Shown here: positions 18,908 to 29,314 of the stretch, piece after piece | Position numbering within the stretch: position 1 is the stretch's first letter | Layout of the letters: each line of letters starts with the position of its first letter | Assembly (NCBI GenBank): GCA_045537965.1 | Contig: JAZSQL010000003.1 | Location: forward strand, 3,056-67,055 | Source: Alphaproteobacteria bacterium | GTDB taxonomy: Bacteria > Pseudomonadota > Alphaproteobacteria > RF32 > CAG-239 | Reading direction: 5' to 3' | Length of the DNA: 64,000 nucleotides | The notes under the pieces: generated by a model | Databases searched by the model: none | What the model saw: only the letters and a program-made list of their open reading frames with translations | What the model was told of the DNA's origin: nothing | Translations under genes and position numbers: made by a program

Positions 18908-20559
18908 TATTTTCTAAACCCTTTAATAACTTTTATTAATGCTGTGGTTGAAGAATCATGATTTGCAATTTCTTTATTACCCTGCAACTCTGGTAAAATT
19001 CTTAATGCCATTTGTTTGCCTAGCTCAACCCCCATTTGATCAAAAGAATTAATATTCCAAATAATCCCTTCAACAAATGTCTTGTGTTCATACATAGCCA
19101 CCAACATACCCAAAGCATGAGGATCAATCTTCTTAAATATTATGGTATTAGAAGGACGATTTCCCTTAAAACTTTTATACTTTTTAAGTTTTTTAATTTC
19201 TTCACTAGATTTTCCTACTGCTTTCAACTCTTCAGCGGCTTCTTTAATTGTTTTACCTTTCATTAAAGCTTCACTCTGAGCCAAAATATTAGCCAATAAA
19301 ATCTCATGATGCTCACCTATTTCATTATGAGAAATTGCAGGAATAATAAAATCACAAGGCACAAAAGATGTCCCTTGATGAATCATCTGAAAAAATGAAT
19401 GCTGAACATCTGTACCCGCACCACCAAAAATTACTGGCGATGTTTGATATTTAATAAATTCATTATTCAAATCAACATTTTTACCATTACTCTCCATAAT
19501 TTGTTGCTGCAAATATGCTGGTAAATAAGTCAAATATTGATCATATGGCACAACCACATGATTTCTAATTCCAAAAAAGTTATTATACCAAATACTTAAA
19601 AGTGCTAACACTACAGGAATATTTTTATCTAATGGCGCCGAATGAAAATGCTTATCCATCTCATTAGCACCTGCAAGCATTTTTTCAAAATTGTCATAAC
19701 CAACTGCAATTGCAATAATTAATCCAATTGCTGACCACATCGAATAACGTCCACCAACAAAATCCCAAAATTCAAACATATTTTCAACGTCAATACCAAA
19801 ACTTGCAACTTCTTTAGCATTTGTAGAAACCGCAACAAAATGTTTTGATGTTGCATGTTCACCCAATGCATCAACCAACCACTTGCGACATGTTTTTGCA
19901 TTAGTCAATGTTTCAATTGTTGTAAAAGTCTTTGAACAAACAATAAACAAAGTTGTTTCTGGATCAAGTTTATTCAAAACCTCAGCACATGCTGTTCCAT
20001 CAATATTTGAAATAAAATAACATTTCATATCTTTGGGCATATACTTTTGCAATGCTTCAACAGCCATTTTTGGCCCCAAATCAGAACCACCTATACCTAT
20101 ATTAACAATATTAGTCAGCTTTTTACCCGTATATCCCTTAAATTTACCTAGTCTTATATCTTCCGAAAAATCTTTAATTTTAGCCAACACTCTGTTAATT
20201 TCAGGCATAACATCTTTACCATCAACATATATAGGAGTATTATCTAGATTACGTAAAGCAATATGCAAAACAGCCCTATTTTCTGTAATATTTATTTTTT
20301 CACCAGAAAACATTTGTTCTATTTTCTTTTGTACTTTTGCTTGTTTCGCCAAAGCTTGCAAATAAATAAAAGCTTTTTCATCAATCCTATTTTTTGAAAA
20401 ATCAACCAACATATTTTCAAGGTTGATACTATATTTTTCTGCACGTTTAGGATCTTTTTCAAACATATCTCGCATTTCTACTTTACGTATTTTGCTTGCA
20501 TATTTCTCTAAATGTTTCCAAGCTCTTGTTTTATTTATTTCTTTATTTAATCCAAACAT
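18907..20559 (-). CDS. pgi: Glucose-6-phosphate isomerase
   Basis: GIGGSDLGP, the SKTFTT-type block and FDQMGVELGK are PGI signatures. Its stop overlaps the mutL start by 1 nt. Confidence 0.95.
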   Translation of the reverse strand: MFGLNKEINKTRAWKHLEKYASKIRKVEMRDMFEKDPKRAEKYSINLENMLVDFSKNRIDEKAFIYLQALAKQAKVQKKIEQMFSGEKINITENRAVLHIALRNLDNTPIYVDGKDVMPEINRVLAKIKDFSEDIRLGKFKGYTGKKLTNIVNIGIGGSDLGPKMAVEALQKYMPKDMKCYFISNIDGTACAEVLNKLDPETTLFIVCSKTFTTIETLTNAKTCRKWLVDALGEHATSKHFVAVSTNAKEVASFGIDVENMFEFWDFVGGRYSMWSAIGLIIAIAVGYDNFEKMLAGANEMDKHFHSAPLDKNIPVVLALLSIWYNNFFGIRNHVVVPYDQYLTYLPAYLQQQIMESNGKNVDLNNEFIKYQTSPVIFGGAGTDVQHSFFQMIHQGTSFVPCDFIIPAISHNEIGEHHEILLANILAQSEALMKGKTIKEAAEELKAVGKSSEEIKKLKKYKSFKGNRPSNTIIFKKIDPHALGMLVAMYEHKTFVEGIIWNINSFDQMGVELGKQMALRILPELQGNKEIANHDSSTTALIKVIKGFRK

Positions 20560-21962
20560 TATTTTTTCTCCTTATCAAAAGATCCTATAACAGCTTGCAA
20601 TCGCTTTTCAACAAAATATTTCTTAGCTACTTCATTAAGTTGTTCAACTGTTACACTCTCAACATACTGATTTCTTTTTTCTAAAAAATCTAATCCCAAA
20701 TTATTTCTTTGCATATAAACAAGCATTCCAGCAATTCCTGCCGTTGAAGCAAAACGCAAATTGTATGACGCAATCAAATAATCTTTTGCCTTTTTCAGCT
20801 CATCAATATCAAAACCTTTATTTCTAATTTTTTGCCACTCTTGCTTAAACATTTCTTCTGCTTTTGCATATTTATTAGCTGTAGCTGAAAAACCAGAAAC
20901 TATCAAATTTGCTTTATCCTGCAAAACCAAAGCCGAATAACCACCATAAGTTAAACCTTCTTTTTCCCTAATTTGTTGGTTTAATTTTGAATTAAGCCCA
21001 GCTCCACCAAATAAATAATTAGCAATATACAACGGATAAAAATCCTCACAGGTGCGACAAGTACCTTCAAAAACAAACGCAGTTATGTTCTGTCCTCCAT
21101 CACGTTTTATTTCCCAAACAGGTTGTTGCCAATTAATATCAACAGCTTCAATCTCTTTATTCTTAGCATTTTTATCAATACCAGCAAAAATTGTATCTAA
21201 AACTTTTTTAGCACTATCTTTGTCTAAATTACCCACAATACCAACATATAAATTATCCGTAAATAAAGTAGATTTGATAAATTGTTTCAAATCACCTTGT
21301 GTAATACCTCTAACTACCTCAATACTTCCTAAAGGATTTTTACCATAAGGATGCGTACCATACACCAATCTATCAAATTCTAACTTCAATTCTTGATTTG
21401 GATCCTCTTTTTCTACCTCTAATGATTTAATTGTTTGAGCCTTGGCTATATCCAAATATTTTCTTTCAAATTTAGGATAAAGCAAAATCTCTCTTAAAAG
21501 CTTTACTGCATCTTGCAAATATTGTGAAGGAACAACTAATAATCCCCCAAAATCATCTTTATCCACGCTAAAAGACAACTTTATTCCCTTAAGGCGCATT
21601 TCATTTCGCAAATTATCTGCATTTATATTCCTAGTTCCTTCTTTAATCATTGAGGCAACAAGCATCGCTACACCATCTTTTTGTTCATAAGCATAACCCG
21701 CATTTTTAAACACAAAACTAAGAGCTATCAATGGTGTCGTATCATCCTTCATAAAATATGCTTTTATACCAGTCTTATCCGCACTAATTTCCTCAACAAT
21801 ACCTCTAAAACTACGTCCATTTAATTCTGAATTATCCACCAAATATTGCAAAGAAAGACTATTGCGATAACCATAAATTATACCAACAACTATTAACAAT
21901 AACAACAATAGCAACCAAGAAGAACCACTCTTATTCCTCATATAAACAGGACGTCTACTCAT
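20559..21962 (-). CDS. M16-family (pitrilysin) peptidase, non-HxxEH subunit
   Basis: M16 fold-like sequence lacking the zinc motif, paired with the upstream active-type subunit. N-terminal TM segment. Confidence 0.8.
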   Translation of the reverse strand: MSRRPVYMRNKSGSSWLLLLLLLIVVGIIYGYRNSLSLQYLVDNSELNGRSFRGIVEEISADKTGIKAYFMKDDTTPLIALSFVFKNAGYAYEQKDGVAMLVASMIKEGTRNINADNLRNEMRLKGIKLSFSVDKDDFGGLLVVPSQYLQDAVKLLREILLYPKFERKYLDIAKAQTIKSLEVEKEDPNQELKLEFDRLVYGTHPYGKNPLGSIEVVRGITQGDLKQFIKSTLFTDNLYVGIVGNLDKDSAKKVLDTIFAGIDKNAKNKEIEAVDINWQQPVWEIKRDGGQNITAFVFEGTCRTCEDFYPLYIANYLFGGAGLNSKLNQQIREKEGLTYGGYSALVLQDKANLIVSGFSATANKYAKAEEMFKQEWQKIRNKGFDIDELKKAKDYLIASYNLRFASTAGIAGMLVYMQRNNLGLDFLEKRNQYVESVTVEQLNEVAKKYFVEKRLQAVIGSFDKEKK

Positions 21963-23284
21963 TTATGTTCTCCTTCTGGATACAAAATTCCCACCGCTGA
22001 CGGAGCATCATTCCACAAATAATCAGCAGCACTCTTAATATCTTTCAAGCTAACATTATTAATATTTTCAGAATATTTCTGCAAATCATCAAGCTTAAGC
22101 CCTGTTGCAATCATCCAACCAACAGTTTTAGCCAAACTTTCTGGGTTATCTTTCAAATAAATCAAATCAATCAACATTTTCCTTTTTACATTTTCAAGCT
22201 CTTTTTCTGTTAGACTAGCCAAAGCAAAATTCCACCCTTTATTAACTATATTTTCAAAACCGCTATCCAACTTTACTTTAGGAACAACACTAATCACAAA
22301 CATACCATAACTACGACTCAATCCATCATAATAAGCACTAACACCTAATGCTGCCTTATCTTTAATAACCATCTTTTGATATAATGGAGAATTTTTATCA
22401 CCACTAAGATATTCACCCAAAACCTCCAAGGCATACGCCATCTTAGTATCCTGAACAAAGGATGGAACTGCTATCATTTTAACAAACCTTCCTAATTTTA
22501 CATTAGGTAATTCCATTTCTATTTTTGCCTTATAATTATTTGGCAATTTTTCAAATTCTTTTTTAGGTAAAAATACTGGCGTTAATTTTCCATAATACTT
22601 TTCAGCCATTTTTTTAGCCATTGCTACATCAATATCTCCTGCCAATACTAAAACCGCATTATTAGGAGCATAATACTGCTTATAAAAATTAATAGCATCT
22701 TGTTTACTTAAATTTATAATTTCATCATCATAACCTGTAATAGGATTAGCATATGGGTGGTTCTGCCATAAAGCATGTCTTACTTTTTCAAAAAATTTAG
22801 CTGCGGGATTATTATCAATACGCTGTTTGCGTTCTTGATAAACAATATCCCTTTCAGTTATAAAATCACTATCATTAATAGCTAAATTTTGCATTCTATC
22901 TGCTTCTAAAAACATCGCTAATTCTAATCTGCTTATATCCATAAACTGATGATATGCCGTAACATCTTGAGCTGTAAAAGCATTACTATCTGCACCATTT
23001 CGTTCCAAAATACGATTAAACTCTTGTCCTTTAACTTTTTTTGTACCACGAAACATCAAATGTTCCAACAAATGAGCTATTCCACCTTTGCCTTTGTTTT
23101 CATCAACCGCACCAACTTTATAAAAAAGCATCTGCTTTACAATCGGAGCTTTACTATTTTTTACAACAACAACTTGCAACCCGTTATCTAAGAAAAAATC
23201 TTCAACATCAAAATTTTCTGCCATTACCATATAAGGAAACAACAATAACAAACTCAAAAATATCGCTATACAAAAATTTTTCAT
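21959..23284 (-). CDS. M16-family zinc peptidase (HxxEH subunit)
   Basis: GIAHLLEHLMFRGT contains the inverted zinc motif HxxEH. Signal peptide present. 4-nt overlap with the downstream partner. Confidence 0.85.
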   Translation of the reverse strand: MKNFCIAIFLSLLLLFPYMVMAENFDVEDFFLDNGLQVVVVKNSKAPIVKQMLFYKVGAVDENKGKGGIAHLLEHLMFRGTKKVKGQEFNRILERNGADSNAFTAQDVTAYHQFMDISRLELAMFLEADRMQNLAINDSDFITERDIVYQERKQRIDNNPAAKFFEKVRHALWQNHPYANPITGYDDEIINLSKQDAINFYKQYYAPNNAVLVLAGDIDVAMAKKMAEKYYGKLTPVFLPKKEFEKLPNNYKAKIEMELPNVKLGRFVKMIAVPSFVQDTKMAYALEVLGEYLSGDKNSPLYQKMVIKDKAALGVSAYYDGLSRSYGMFVISVVPKVKLDSGFENIVNKGWNFALASLTEKELENVKRKMLIDLIYLKDNPESLAKTVGWMIATGLKLDDLQKYSENINNVSLKDIKSAADYLWNDAPSAVGILYPEGEHK

Positions 23285-23293
23285 AAAACAAAC

Positions 23294-23467
23294 CTATTGC
23301 ATATCTTCGACAGGACGAAGCCCAAATTCTGGAGGTATAGACAATACATCTCTTTGTTCAACCAATCTTTCATTAGGAGACTTTCTTGCTAATCCTAAAT
23401 CATCCTTAGTAACATTGGAACAAGCAGCTACCAAAGAAAATAAAACAACAATCAAAAACTTTTTCAT
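23294..23467 (-). CDS. Small lipoprotein (57 aa), absent from the ORF track
   Basis: Hand translation: MKKFLIVVLFSLVAACSNVTKDDLGLARKSPNERLVEQRDVLSIPPEFGLRPVEDMQ*. Lipobox LVAAC. It fills the gap between lspA and the M16 genes exactly. Confidence 0.55.
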   Translation of the reverse strand: MKKFLIVVLFSLVAACSNVTKDDLGLARKSPNERLVEQRDVLSIPPEFGLRPVEDMQ

Positions 23468-23468
23468 T

Positions 23469-23939
23469 TTAGCTCCTTTTATCTTTTATTTTACTAAATA
23501 TGGCATGAGCAATAACTATAGCCGCACCAATACAAATAAAACTATCTGCAATATTAAATGCTGGCCAATGAGCCTCTCCAATATGAATATCTAAAAAATC
23601 AAAGACAGCCCCAAATCTAACTCGATCAATAACATTACCTATAGCTCCTCCCATAATCATTCCTAAAGCTAGCTGTATAATACGATTTTGTTCATTTTTT
23701 AACCAATTAAACAACGCTAGCACAATTACAATTGCCACAAAGGATAAAAGCCAAGCTCCAAAATTGCCGTAATCATTAAACATTGAAAAGCTAACACCTG
23801 TATTCCATGCCCTAACAATATTAAAATACTCACCAAAAGGAATATAACTATTTAATCCTAAAAAATGATACAAAACAAAATATTTTGACAACTGATCTAA
23901 AATAATCACTACCACAGCTACAGCCAAACCTAAAAACAC
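23469..23939 (-). CDS. lspA: Lipoprotein signal peptidase (signal peptidase II)
   Basis: NTGVSFSMF and FNIADSFI blocks, with four TM segments. Confidence 0.9.
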   Translation of the reverse strand: MFLGLAVAVVVIILDQLSKYFVLYHFLGLNSYIPFGEYFNIVRAWNTGVSFSMFNDYGNFGAWLLSFVAIVIVLALFNWLKNEQNRIIQLALGMIMGGAIGNVIDRVRFGAVFDFLDIHIGEAHWPAFNIADSFICIGAAIVIAHAIFSKIKDKRS

Positions 23940-24038
23940 TTTTCTATCCTTTACTTAAATTACCAACACAAGAAAAACTACGCTAAAATTGATTATATCT
24001 CAACATTTGCGCACAAGATACACACAAAAAAGCAAAAA

Positions 24039-24992
24039 TTAAAACATCTTTTTTTTGCGAAAGAACAAAATTACCAACGCTGTTAAAACAACTGATGCTG
24101 ACACAATGTACCAAAAACCAAATTTATCACTACTCAAAGGCAAACCAACATTCATTCCCCAAAAACTAGCCAACATTGTTGGAATAGATAAAATAATCGT
24201 AATCGCTGCCAAAAATTTCATTACCTGATTAACATTATTATTAATAACCGAAGCAAAACCATCCATCATGCTTTCCAAAATTGTACGATGCATATCAACC
24301 ATTTCAATAGCTTGCTTATTTTCAATCATAATATCTTCCAAAAGATCTATATCATCTTCAGTAAAACTCAAAACCTGAGCAATTGACTTAGCCCTCACCA
24401 TACGCAACAATTTTTGCAAAATGAGTTGGTTATCACGCAAGGCTGTTGTAAAATAAACTAATGATTTCTGAATTTCCATTAATTGAAATAATTCTTTATT
24501 ATTAGTTGTATTACGCAAACTGTATTCTATCGATTCTGTTTTACGATTAATTATTTTCAAATACCTTAAATAAAACTGGGTCGCCTTATACAAAATATTA
24601 AGCATCATCCTCGTTCTATCTTTTGTATCAAAAGTACTAGACGTCGATTTAGTAAAAGAACCAATAATCCTATTTTCTCTAGTACATAATGTAACAAAAT
24701 TTCTAGGTGTAAACACCATCGAACAAGGCAATGTATCAAATTGTCCTTCATCATCCAAAAGAGGCAAATTCACAATTAGCATAAAATTTTTGCCTTCATG
24801 CTCAATACGTGAACGCTCATCAATATCTAGTGAACTTTTTAAAGTTTCAACATCCCAATCAATCCACTCTGCAATCTTTTCCAACTCTTCTCCAGTTGGA
24901 TTTATCATATTAACCCAAGCCCCAGGACAAAGACGATTCTTCTTCAGCTTAACGAGTTTTTTATTGGCGTCTGTTTTGCAAATCTTAAACAT
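24039..24992 (-). CDS. corA: CorA-family magnesium/cobalt transporter
   Basis: C-terminal two TM helices with FWGMNVGLP (GMN motif). Confidence 0.85.
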   Translation of the reverse strand: MFKICKTDANKKLVKLKKNRLCPGAWVNMINPTGEELEKIAEWIDWDVETLKSSLDIDERSRIEHEGKNFMLIVNLPLLDDEGQFDTLPCSMVFTPRNFVTLCTRENRIIGSFTKSTSSTFDTKDRTRMMLNILYKATQFYLRYLKIINRKTESIEYSLRNTTNNKELFQLMEIQKSLVYFTTALRDNQLILQKLLRMVRAKSIAQVLSFTEDDIDLLEDIMIENKQAIEMVDMHRTILESMMDGFASVINNNVNQVMKFLAAITIILSIPTMLASFWGMNVGLPLSSDKFGFWYIVSASVVLTALVILFFRKKKMF

Positions 24993-25077
24993 AAGCTTTA
25001 ATATCCTCCTTTAAACCTTAGAAAATCTTATAAAATAAAATCGATGGCAACTCCCAAGAAACAAAAAAAGCCTTATT

Positions 25078-25164
25078 TGGTGCGGCCAAAAGGACTTGAA
25101 CCTTCACGGGATACCTCCCATAACGACCTCAACGTTACGCGTCTACCAATTCCGCCATGGCCGC
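25078..25164 (-). tRNA. tRNA-Leu (anticodon GAG), class II, CCA encoded
   Basis: Folded by hand: acceptor GCGGCCA/TGGCCGC, anticodon stem TAACG/CGTTA with loop TTGAGGT, variable stem GGGA/TCCC, T-loop TTCAAGT. Confidence 0.9.
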
Positions 25165-25284
25165 TCGCATTTCCAATAAAGCTGTGCTAATTGATATAGC
25201 ACAAATAAAAAATAATCAAGCTTTTTTTAACGTTGTTAATTTTTTTACTCTAAAAACTATTTTTGACACTATTGACAAAAAATA

Positions 25285-25313
25285 TTGCATCCTTTTCAAA
25301 ATTATGATATAAT
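25285..25313 (+). promoter_or_regulatory. Sigma-70-like promoter with extended -10
   Basis: TTGCAT (25285-25290), 17-nt spacer, then TGaTATAAT (25305-25313), about 50 nt upstream of the 25363 ATG. Confidence 0.4.
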
Positions 25314-25362
25314 TACGCTCATAAATAAATATTATTTACCAACTAAACACATATTATAAATT

Positions 25363-25668
25363 ATGGAAAATGTAATTATTGCAAGAAAGAGCTGGAAAAA
25401 TGCTGCTATGAAAAATGCTGCTGCATTCATCAAGATGATGCCCAATGGAAAGGTATATGTAACAGGAAAAGTCTTCGAAGGCTTTCGGGCATCTCCAGGA
25501 CCTGAAACAGGAGTTATCACAGAAATGCCACATCTTCTGACTTATGAGGTCAAAGCTCCATCGTTTTCTTGGACAACCCCTAGAAAAAGCCCTGAGCTTG
25601 AAGCTTTCTGTAATGAGGTGTGGCAAAAAGCTAAGGAGGCAAATTCTTGGTTTGATTACACCCTTTAA
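25363..25668 (+). CDS. Hypothetical protein (101 aa)
   Basis: Preferred over two overlapping minus-strand ORFs because it has a candidate promoter upstream and a strong hairpin terminator just downstream. No family recognised. Confidence 0.5.
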   Translation: MENVIIARKSWKNAAMKNAAAFIKMMPNGKVYVTGKVFEGFRASPGPETGVITEMPHLLTYEVKAPSFSWTTPRKSPELEAFCNEVWQKAKEANSWFDYTL

Positions 25669-25681
25669 CTTCATCGTTTTC

Positions 25682-25717
25682 AAAAAAGCTCTGTTCTAAC
25701 AAAACAGAGCTTTTTTT
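25682..25717. terminator. Bidirectional rho-independent terminator
   Basis: AGCTCTGTT (25687-25695) pairs with AACAGAGCT (25703-25711). An A-run flanks it on the left and a T-run on the right. It lies between convergent stops. Confidence 0.8.
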
Positions 25718-26266
25718 CTAATTCAACCTCATTCTCAACCAAAACAACGCTACATTACCAAAATTTTTCAATCCAGGAACATAGGCTGCCTGTAAAGCTA
25801 TTCCTTTATATTCTATACCAACAATTGGTAATGGCATTGGTATTGGAATATAATAATATTCTTCTCTTTGTGTCATTCCCAAAGTATAACCAACACCAAC
25901 TTTCCAATCTCCACTACAACCAACATTCCAATTATGTTGATAAGCAAACCCTGCAACTGTTTCTAATTTTGAGTTAGAATCCTTAAATGCAAAAGCATAC
26001 AAACCATACCAATTGCCTTTCTCATCATAAATAGATTTACCCAAACCAAAACCAAAAGCATTTTCATTATATTTTGCAATATGCTCATCATCATAAGCCA
26101 AACGATTATGCCATGCATAAAAAGGCAAATAAGCATCATAGTGGTCAGAACGCCAAACAGCTCCAACTTCACCTAAAAATTTTTCCTTCCACTCCTCAAA
26201 GGTAGCTGCTTTAACAACCATAGGAACAAAAGTCAATAAAAATACCAAACAAAAAAACTTTTTCAT
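25718..26266 (-). CDS. pagP: Lipid A palmitoyltransferase PagP (outer-membrane beta-barrel)
   Basis: Alignable by eye with E. coli PagP: HYDAYLPFYAWHNRLAYDDEHIAKYNENAFGFGLGKSIYDEKGNWYGLYAFAFKDSNSK versus [59 protein letters not shown]. Signal peptide present, and C-terminus FGNVALFWLRMRL. Confidence 0.8.
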   Translation of the reverse strand: MKKFFCLVFLLTFVPMVVKAATFEEWKEKFLGEVGAVWRSDHYDAYLPFYAWHNRLAYDDEHIAKYNENAFGFGLGKSIYDEKGNWYGLYAFAFKDSNSKLETVAGFAYQHNWNVGCSGDWKVGVGYTLGMTQREEYYYIPIPMPLPIVGIEYKGIALQAAYVPGLKNFGNVALFWLRMRLN

Positions 26267-26308
26267 TTATCTCTTTTATCAGCTAAATCTAAGTTATAAT
26301 TGTATCTA

Positions 26309-27946
26309 TTATATCAAACGGCTTTTGTCAATTGCAGCTCTAATAAAAGACACAAATAATGGTGCTGGATCAAAAGGTTTTGATTTCAACTCAGGATGAA
26401 ATTGAACTGCAACAAACCAAGGATGATCTTTAATTTCAACAATTTCTGGTAGTTTACCATCTGGAGACCTGCCTGTAATTTTCATTCCAGAACGTTGCAA
26501 AGTTTCTGCATATTTCATATTAACTTCATATCTATGACGATGGCGTTCAGAAATTTTATTCTTACCATAAATCTGTGCCACCAATGAATTTGCTTCCAAC
26601 ACACATTCATAAGCACCAAGTCGCATTGTACCACCTAAATCACCATCTTTATGGCGAATTTCTTTTGCTCCTTCCTTATCCCATTCGGTCATCAAACCAA
26701 CAATAGGTTCGCAATTTGCATCAAATTCCGTTGTTCCTGCATTTTTAATGCCTGCCACATTACGCATTGTTTCAATAACAGCCATCTGCATTCCCAAACA
26801 AATACCCAAAAATGGTATTTTATGTTCACGAGCATACCTTATTGCTTCAATTTTACCCTCTGTTCCCCTTTGACCAAAACCACCAGGAACTAATATTGCG
26901 CTAACATCTTTAAGATGATCTTCTGGCGATTCTTTTTCCAACAATTCAGAATCAATCCATTTAACCTTAACCTTATATCTATTTGCAATACCACCATGAG
27001 TCAGGGCTTCATTTAAGGATTTATAAGCCTCTAAAAGCTGCGTATATTTACCAACAACAGCAACTCTAACCTCTCCTTCAGGATGCCTAATATTATCTAA
27101 AATATTTTCCCATTTACTCAAATCCAAATTATCTGATGTTGGTATATTAAAGTGTCTACAAACTTGACGTCCCATACCTTCTTTAGCATAGGCTATAGGT
27201 ACTTGATAAATACTACTAGCATCTAGCGCCGTAATAACATTTTCTTCTCTAATATTGCAAAACAACGCTATCTTACGTTTTTCATTTTGTGGAATTTCCA
27301 TTTGTGAACGACAAAGCAACATATCTGGCTGAATACCATATTCTTGCAGTTTTTTAACCGAATGCTGTGTAGGCTTAGTCTTCAATTCACCAGCAGTTGG
27401 AATATATGGCAACAATGTAACATGAATAAACATTGAACGTTCACGTCCTAATTCATAAGCTACTTGACGAATTGCTTCCAAATAAGGCTGACCTTCAATA
27501 TCGCCAACTGTTCCGCCTATTTCACATAAAACAAAATCTTCATCTGTTATATCTGACAAAATAAAGCTTTTAATTTCATTTGTAACATGTGGAATAACTT
27601 GAATTGTTGCTCCCAAATAATCACCATGACGTTCTTTGTCTATTACACGCTGATAAATTTTACCTGTTGTAATGCTATCTGTTTTACGACAAGGTACACC
27701 TGAAAAACGTTCATAATGCCCTAAATCTAAATCTGTTTCCGCCCCATCATCTGTAACGAATACCTCACCATGCTGATAAGGACTCATTGTTCCAGGATCA
27801 ACATTAAGATATGGATCCAACTTACGCATTCTAACCTTAAAACCTCTTGCTTGCAACAAAGATGCTAATGAAGCCGAAGCCAATCCTTTGCCCAATGAAG
27901 AAACTACACCACCTGTTATAAATATAAACTTAGTATTTTCAGACAT
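26309..27946 (-). CDS. pyrG: CTP synthase
   Basis: [13 protein letters not shown], the GICLGMQ glutamine amidotransferase Cys, and HRHRYE. Confidence 0.95.
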   Translation of the reverse strand: MSENTKFIFITGGVVSSLGKGLASASLASLLQARGFKVRMRKLDPYLNVDPGTMSPYQHGEVFVTDDGAETDLDLGHYERFSGVPCRKTDSITTGKIYQRVIDKERHGDYLGATIQVIPHVTNEIKSFILSDITDEDFVLCEIGGTVGDIEGQPYLEAIRQVAYELGRERSMFIHVTLLPYIPTAGELKTKPTQHSVKKLQEYGIQPDMLLCRSQMEIPQNEKRKIALFCNIREENVITALDASSIYQVPIAYAKEGMGRQVCRHFNIPTSDNLDLSKWENILDNIRHPEGEVRVAVVGKYTQLLEAYKSLNEALTHGGIANRYKVKVKWIDSELLEKESPEDHLKDVSAILVPGGFGQRGTEGKIEAIRYAREHKIPFLGICLGMQMAVIETMRNVAGIKNAGTTEFDANCEPIVGLMTEWDKEGAKEIRHKDGDLGGTMRLGAYECVLEANSLVAQIYGKNKISERHRHRYEVNMKYAETLQRSGMKITGRSPDGKLPEIVEIKDHPWFVAVQFHPELKSKPFDPAPLFVSFIRAAIDKSRLI

Positions 27947-27980
27947 CTATTCCACCTTTTTACCCTAATCATAAAGTGAT

Positions 27981-28016
27981 AAAGGCACCTTCCCTTTCAC
28001 TGGAGAAGATGCCTTT
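27981..28016 (-). terminator. Hairpin between secG and pyrG (possible weak terminator or processing site)
   Basis: On the minus strand AAAGGCATCTTC pairs with GAAGGTGCCTTT (12 bp, one mismatch). There is no strong T-run. Confidence 0.3.
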
Positions 28017-28039
28017 ACTATATCAAACCACAAATTTCA

Positions 28040-28366
28040 TTATTTTTCTGCCGTAGGAACAACAGGAACATCTGGAATTGATGGCACAGTCTGTTCAACT
28101 GCAGCCTTATCAACTATCGATTCTCTAGGTTTTGCTTGACCTCTATAGTACAAAGCCAACGAAATACTAGTAACAAATAATAACGTTGCCAAAATAGCTG
28201 TTGTTCTGGTCAATAAATTGCCAGTTCCTCTAGCGCTCAAAAAGCTAGAAGCACCAGAACCTCCACCCAAGCCATCAAGAGCACCACCTGTAGAACGTTG
28301 CATTAAAATACACGCAACCAAAAAAATACACACCAACAAGTGAATAACCAACAAAACTGTACCCAT
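28040..28366 (-). CDS. secG: Preprotein translocase subunit SecG
   Basis: ~108 aa with two TM helices and a G-rich loop (GGALDGLGGGSGASSFL). Conserved tpiA-secG-pyrG neighbourhood. Confidence 0.85.
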   Translation of the reverse strand: MGTVLLVIHLLVCIFLVACILMQRSTGGALDGLGGGSGASSFLSARGTGNLLTRTTAILATLLFVTSISLALYYRGQAKPRESIVDKAAVEQTVPSIPDVPVVPTAEK

Positions 28367-28392
28367 TACCTTATCCTTTTTTCTATTTCAAA

Positions 28393-29151
28393 TTAACAAC
28401 CTGCATTATCTGCAATAGCCATAAAATCAACAGATTTCAAGCTAGCTCCACCAATCAAAGCACCATCTACATCTGGTAAAGATAAAAACTCTTTAGCATT
28501 TGATGGTTTTACTGAACCACCATACAAAATACGCATTTTATTAGCTTGAGCTTTACCCAATTTCTTAGCCAAAACCTTCCTAACTGCAGCATGAACATCT
28601 TCAACGTCTTGTGCCGTTGGAGTTTTACCTGTACCAATTGCCCAAACAGGCTCATAAGCAATAACTGTATTTTGTGCTGTTGCCCCCTCGGGAACAGACC
28701 CCATAACCTGTTTTGAACAAACATCAATAGTCTTTCCTGCGTCACGTTGTTCTAATGTTTCACCAATACAAATAACTGTTTTCAACCCTGCCTTATTAGC
28801 TGCTTCAGCCTTTTGACAAACTAATTCATTAGATTCGCCATGATCAGCTCTCCGTTCTGAATGCCCCAAAATAACGTACGAACATCCAGCATCAACCAAC
28901 ATCAAAGGACTAACATCACCCGTATGTGCTCCCTTTTCATTAAAATGACAATCTTGCGCACCAAGAGCAACCTTAACACCTCTCAAAGTCTTCTTTACTG
29001 ATGTCAACAAAGTAAATGGCGGACAAACCAAAAATTCACAAGTTCTCTTTTTTGATTTTACAGCAGTTTTAACTTCCGTTGCTAAAGCAACAGCATCTGC
29101 AGTTAAACCATTCATCTTCCAGTTACCTGCTATCAACATTTTTCTAGCCAT
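28393..29151 (-). CDS. tpiA: Triosephosphate isomerase
   Basis: [15 protein letters not shown] and [11 protein letters not shown] motifs. Confidence 0.95.
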   Translation of the reverse strand: MARKMLIAGNWKMNGLTADAVALATEVKTAVKSKKRTCEFLVCPPFTLLTSVKKTLRGVKVALGAQDCHFNEKGAHTGDVSPLMLVDAGCSYVILGHSERRADHGESNELVCQKAEAANKAGLKTVICIGETLEQRDAGKTIDVCSKQVMGSVPEGATAQNTVIAYEPVWAIGTGKTPTAQDVEDVHAAVRKVLAKKLGKAQANKMRILYGGSVKPSNAKEFLSLPDVDGALIGGASLKSVDFMAIADNAGC

Positions 29152-29314
29152 TTTAACTTACCTCTCCTAATCCAAATTTATCAAATTACCATTTTTCTAC
29201 CATAGTCAAAAAAACTTTTCAACACCAATATTTGAATAGTTGTATAAAATTATAAAATGATTATAATCAGCAACAATTATGAATATCTAACAAATTTTTA
29301 GGAACTAAAACAAA

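Noticed and set aside
25332-25683. Minus-strand ORFs 25332-25520 and 25354-25683 overlapping the 101-aa plus-strand ORF
   Set aside because: The promoter-like element and the terminator geometry favour the plus-strand ORF. The minus ORFs would run through the terminator hairpin. This is still unproven.
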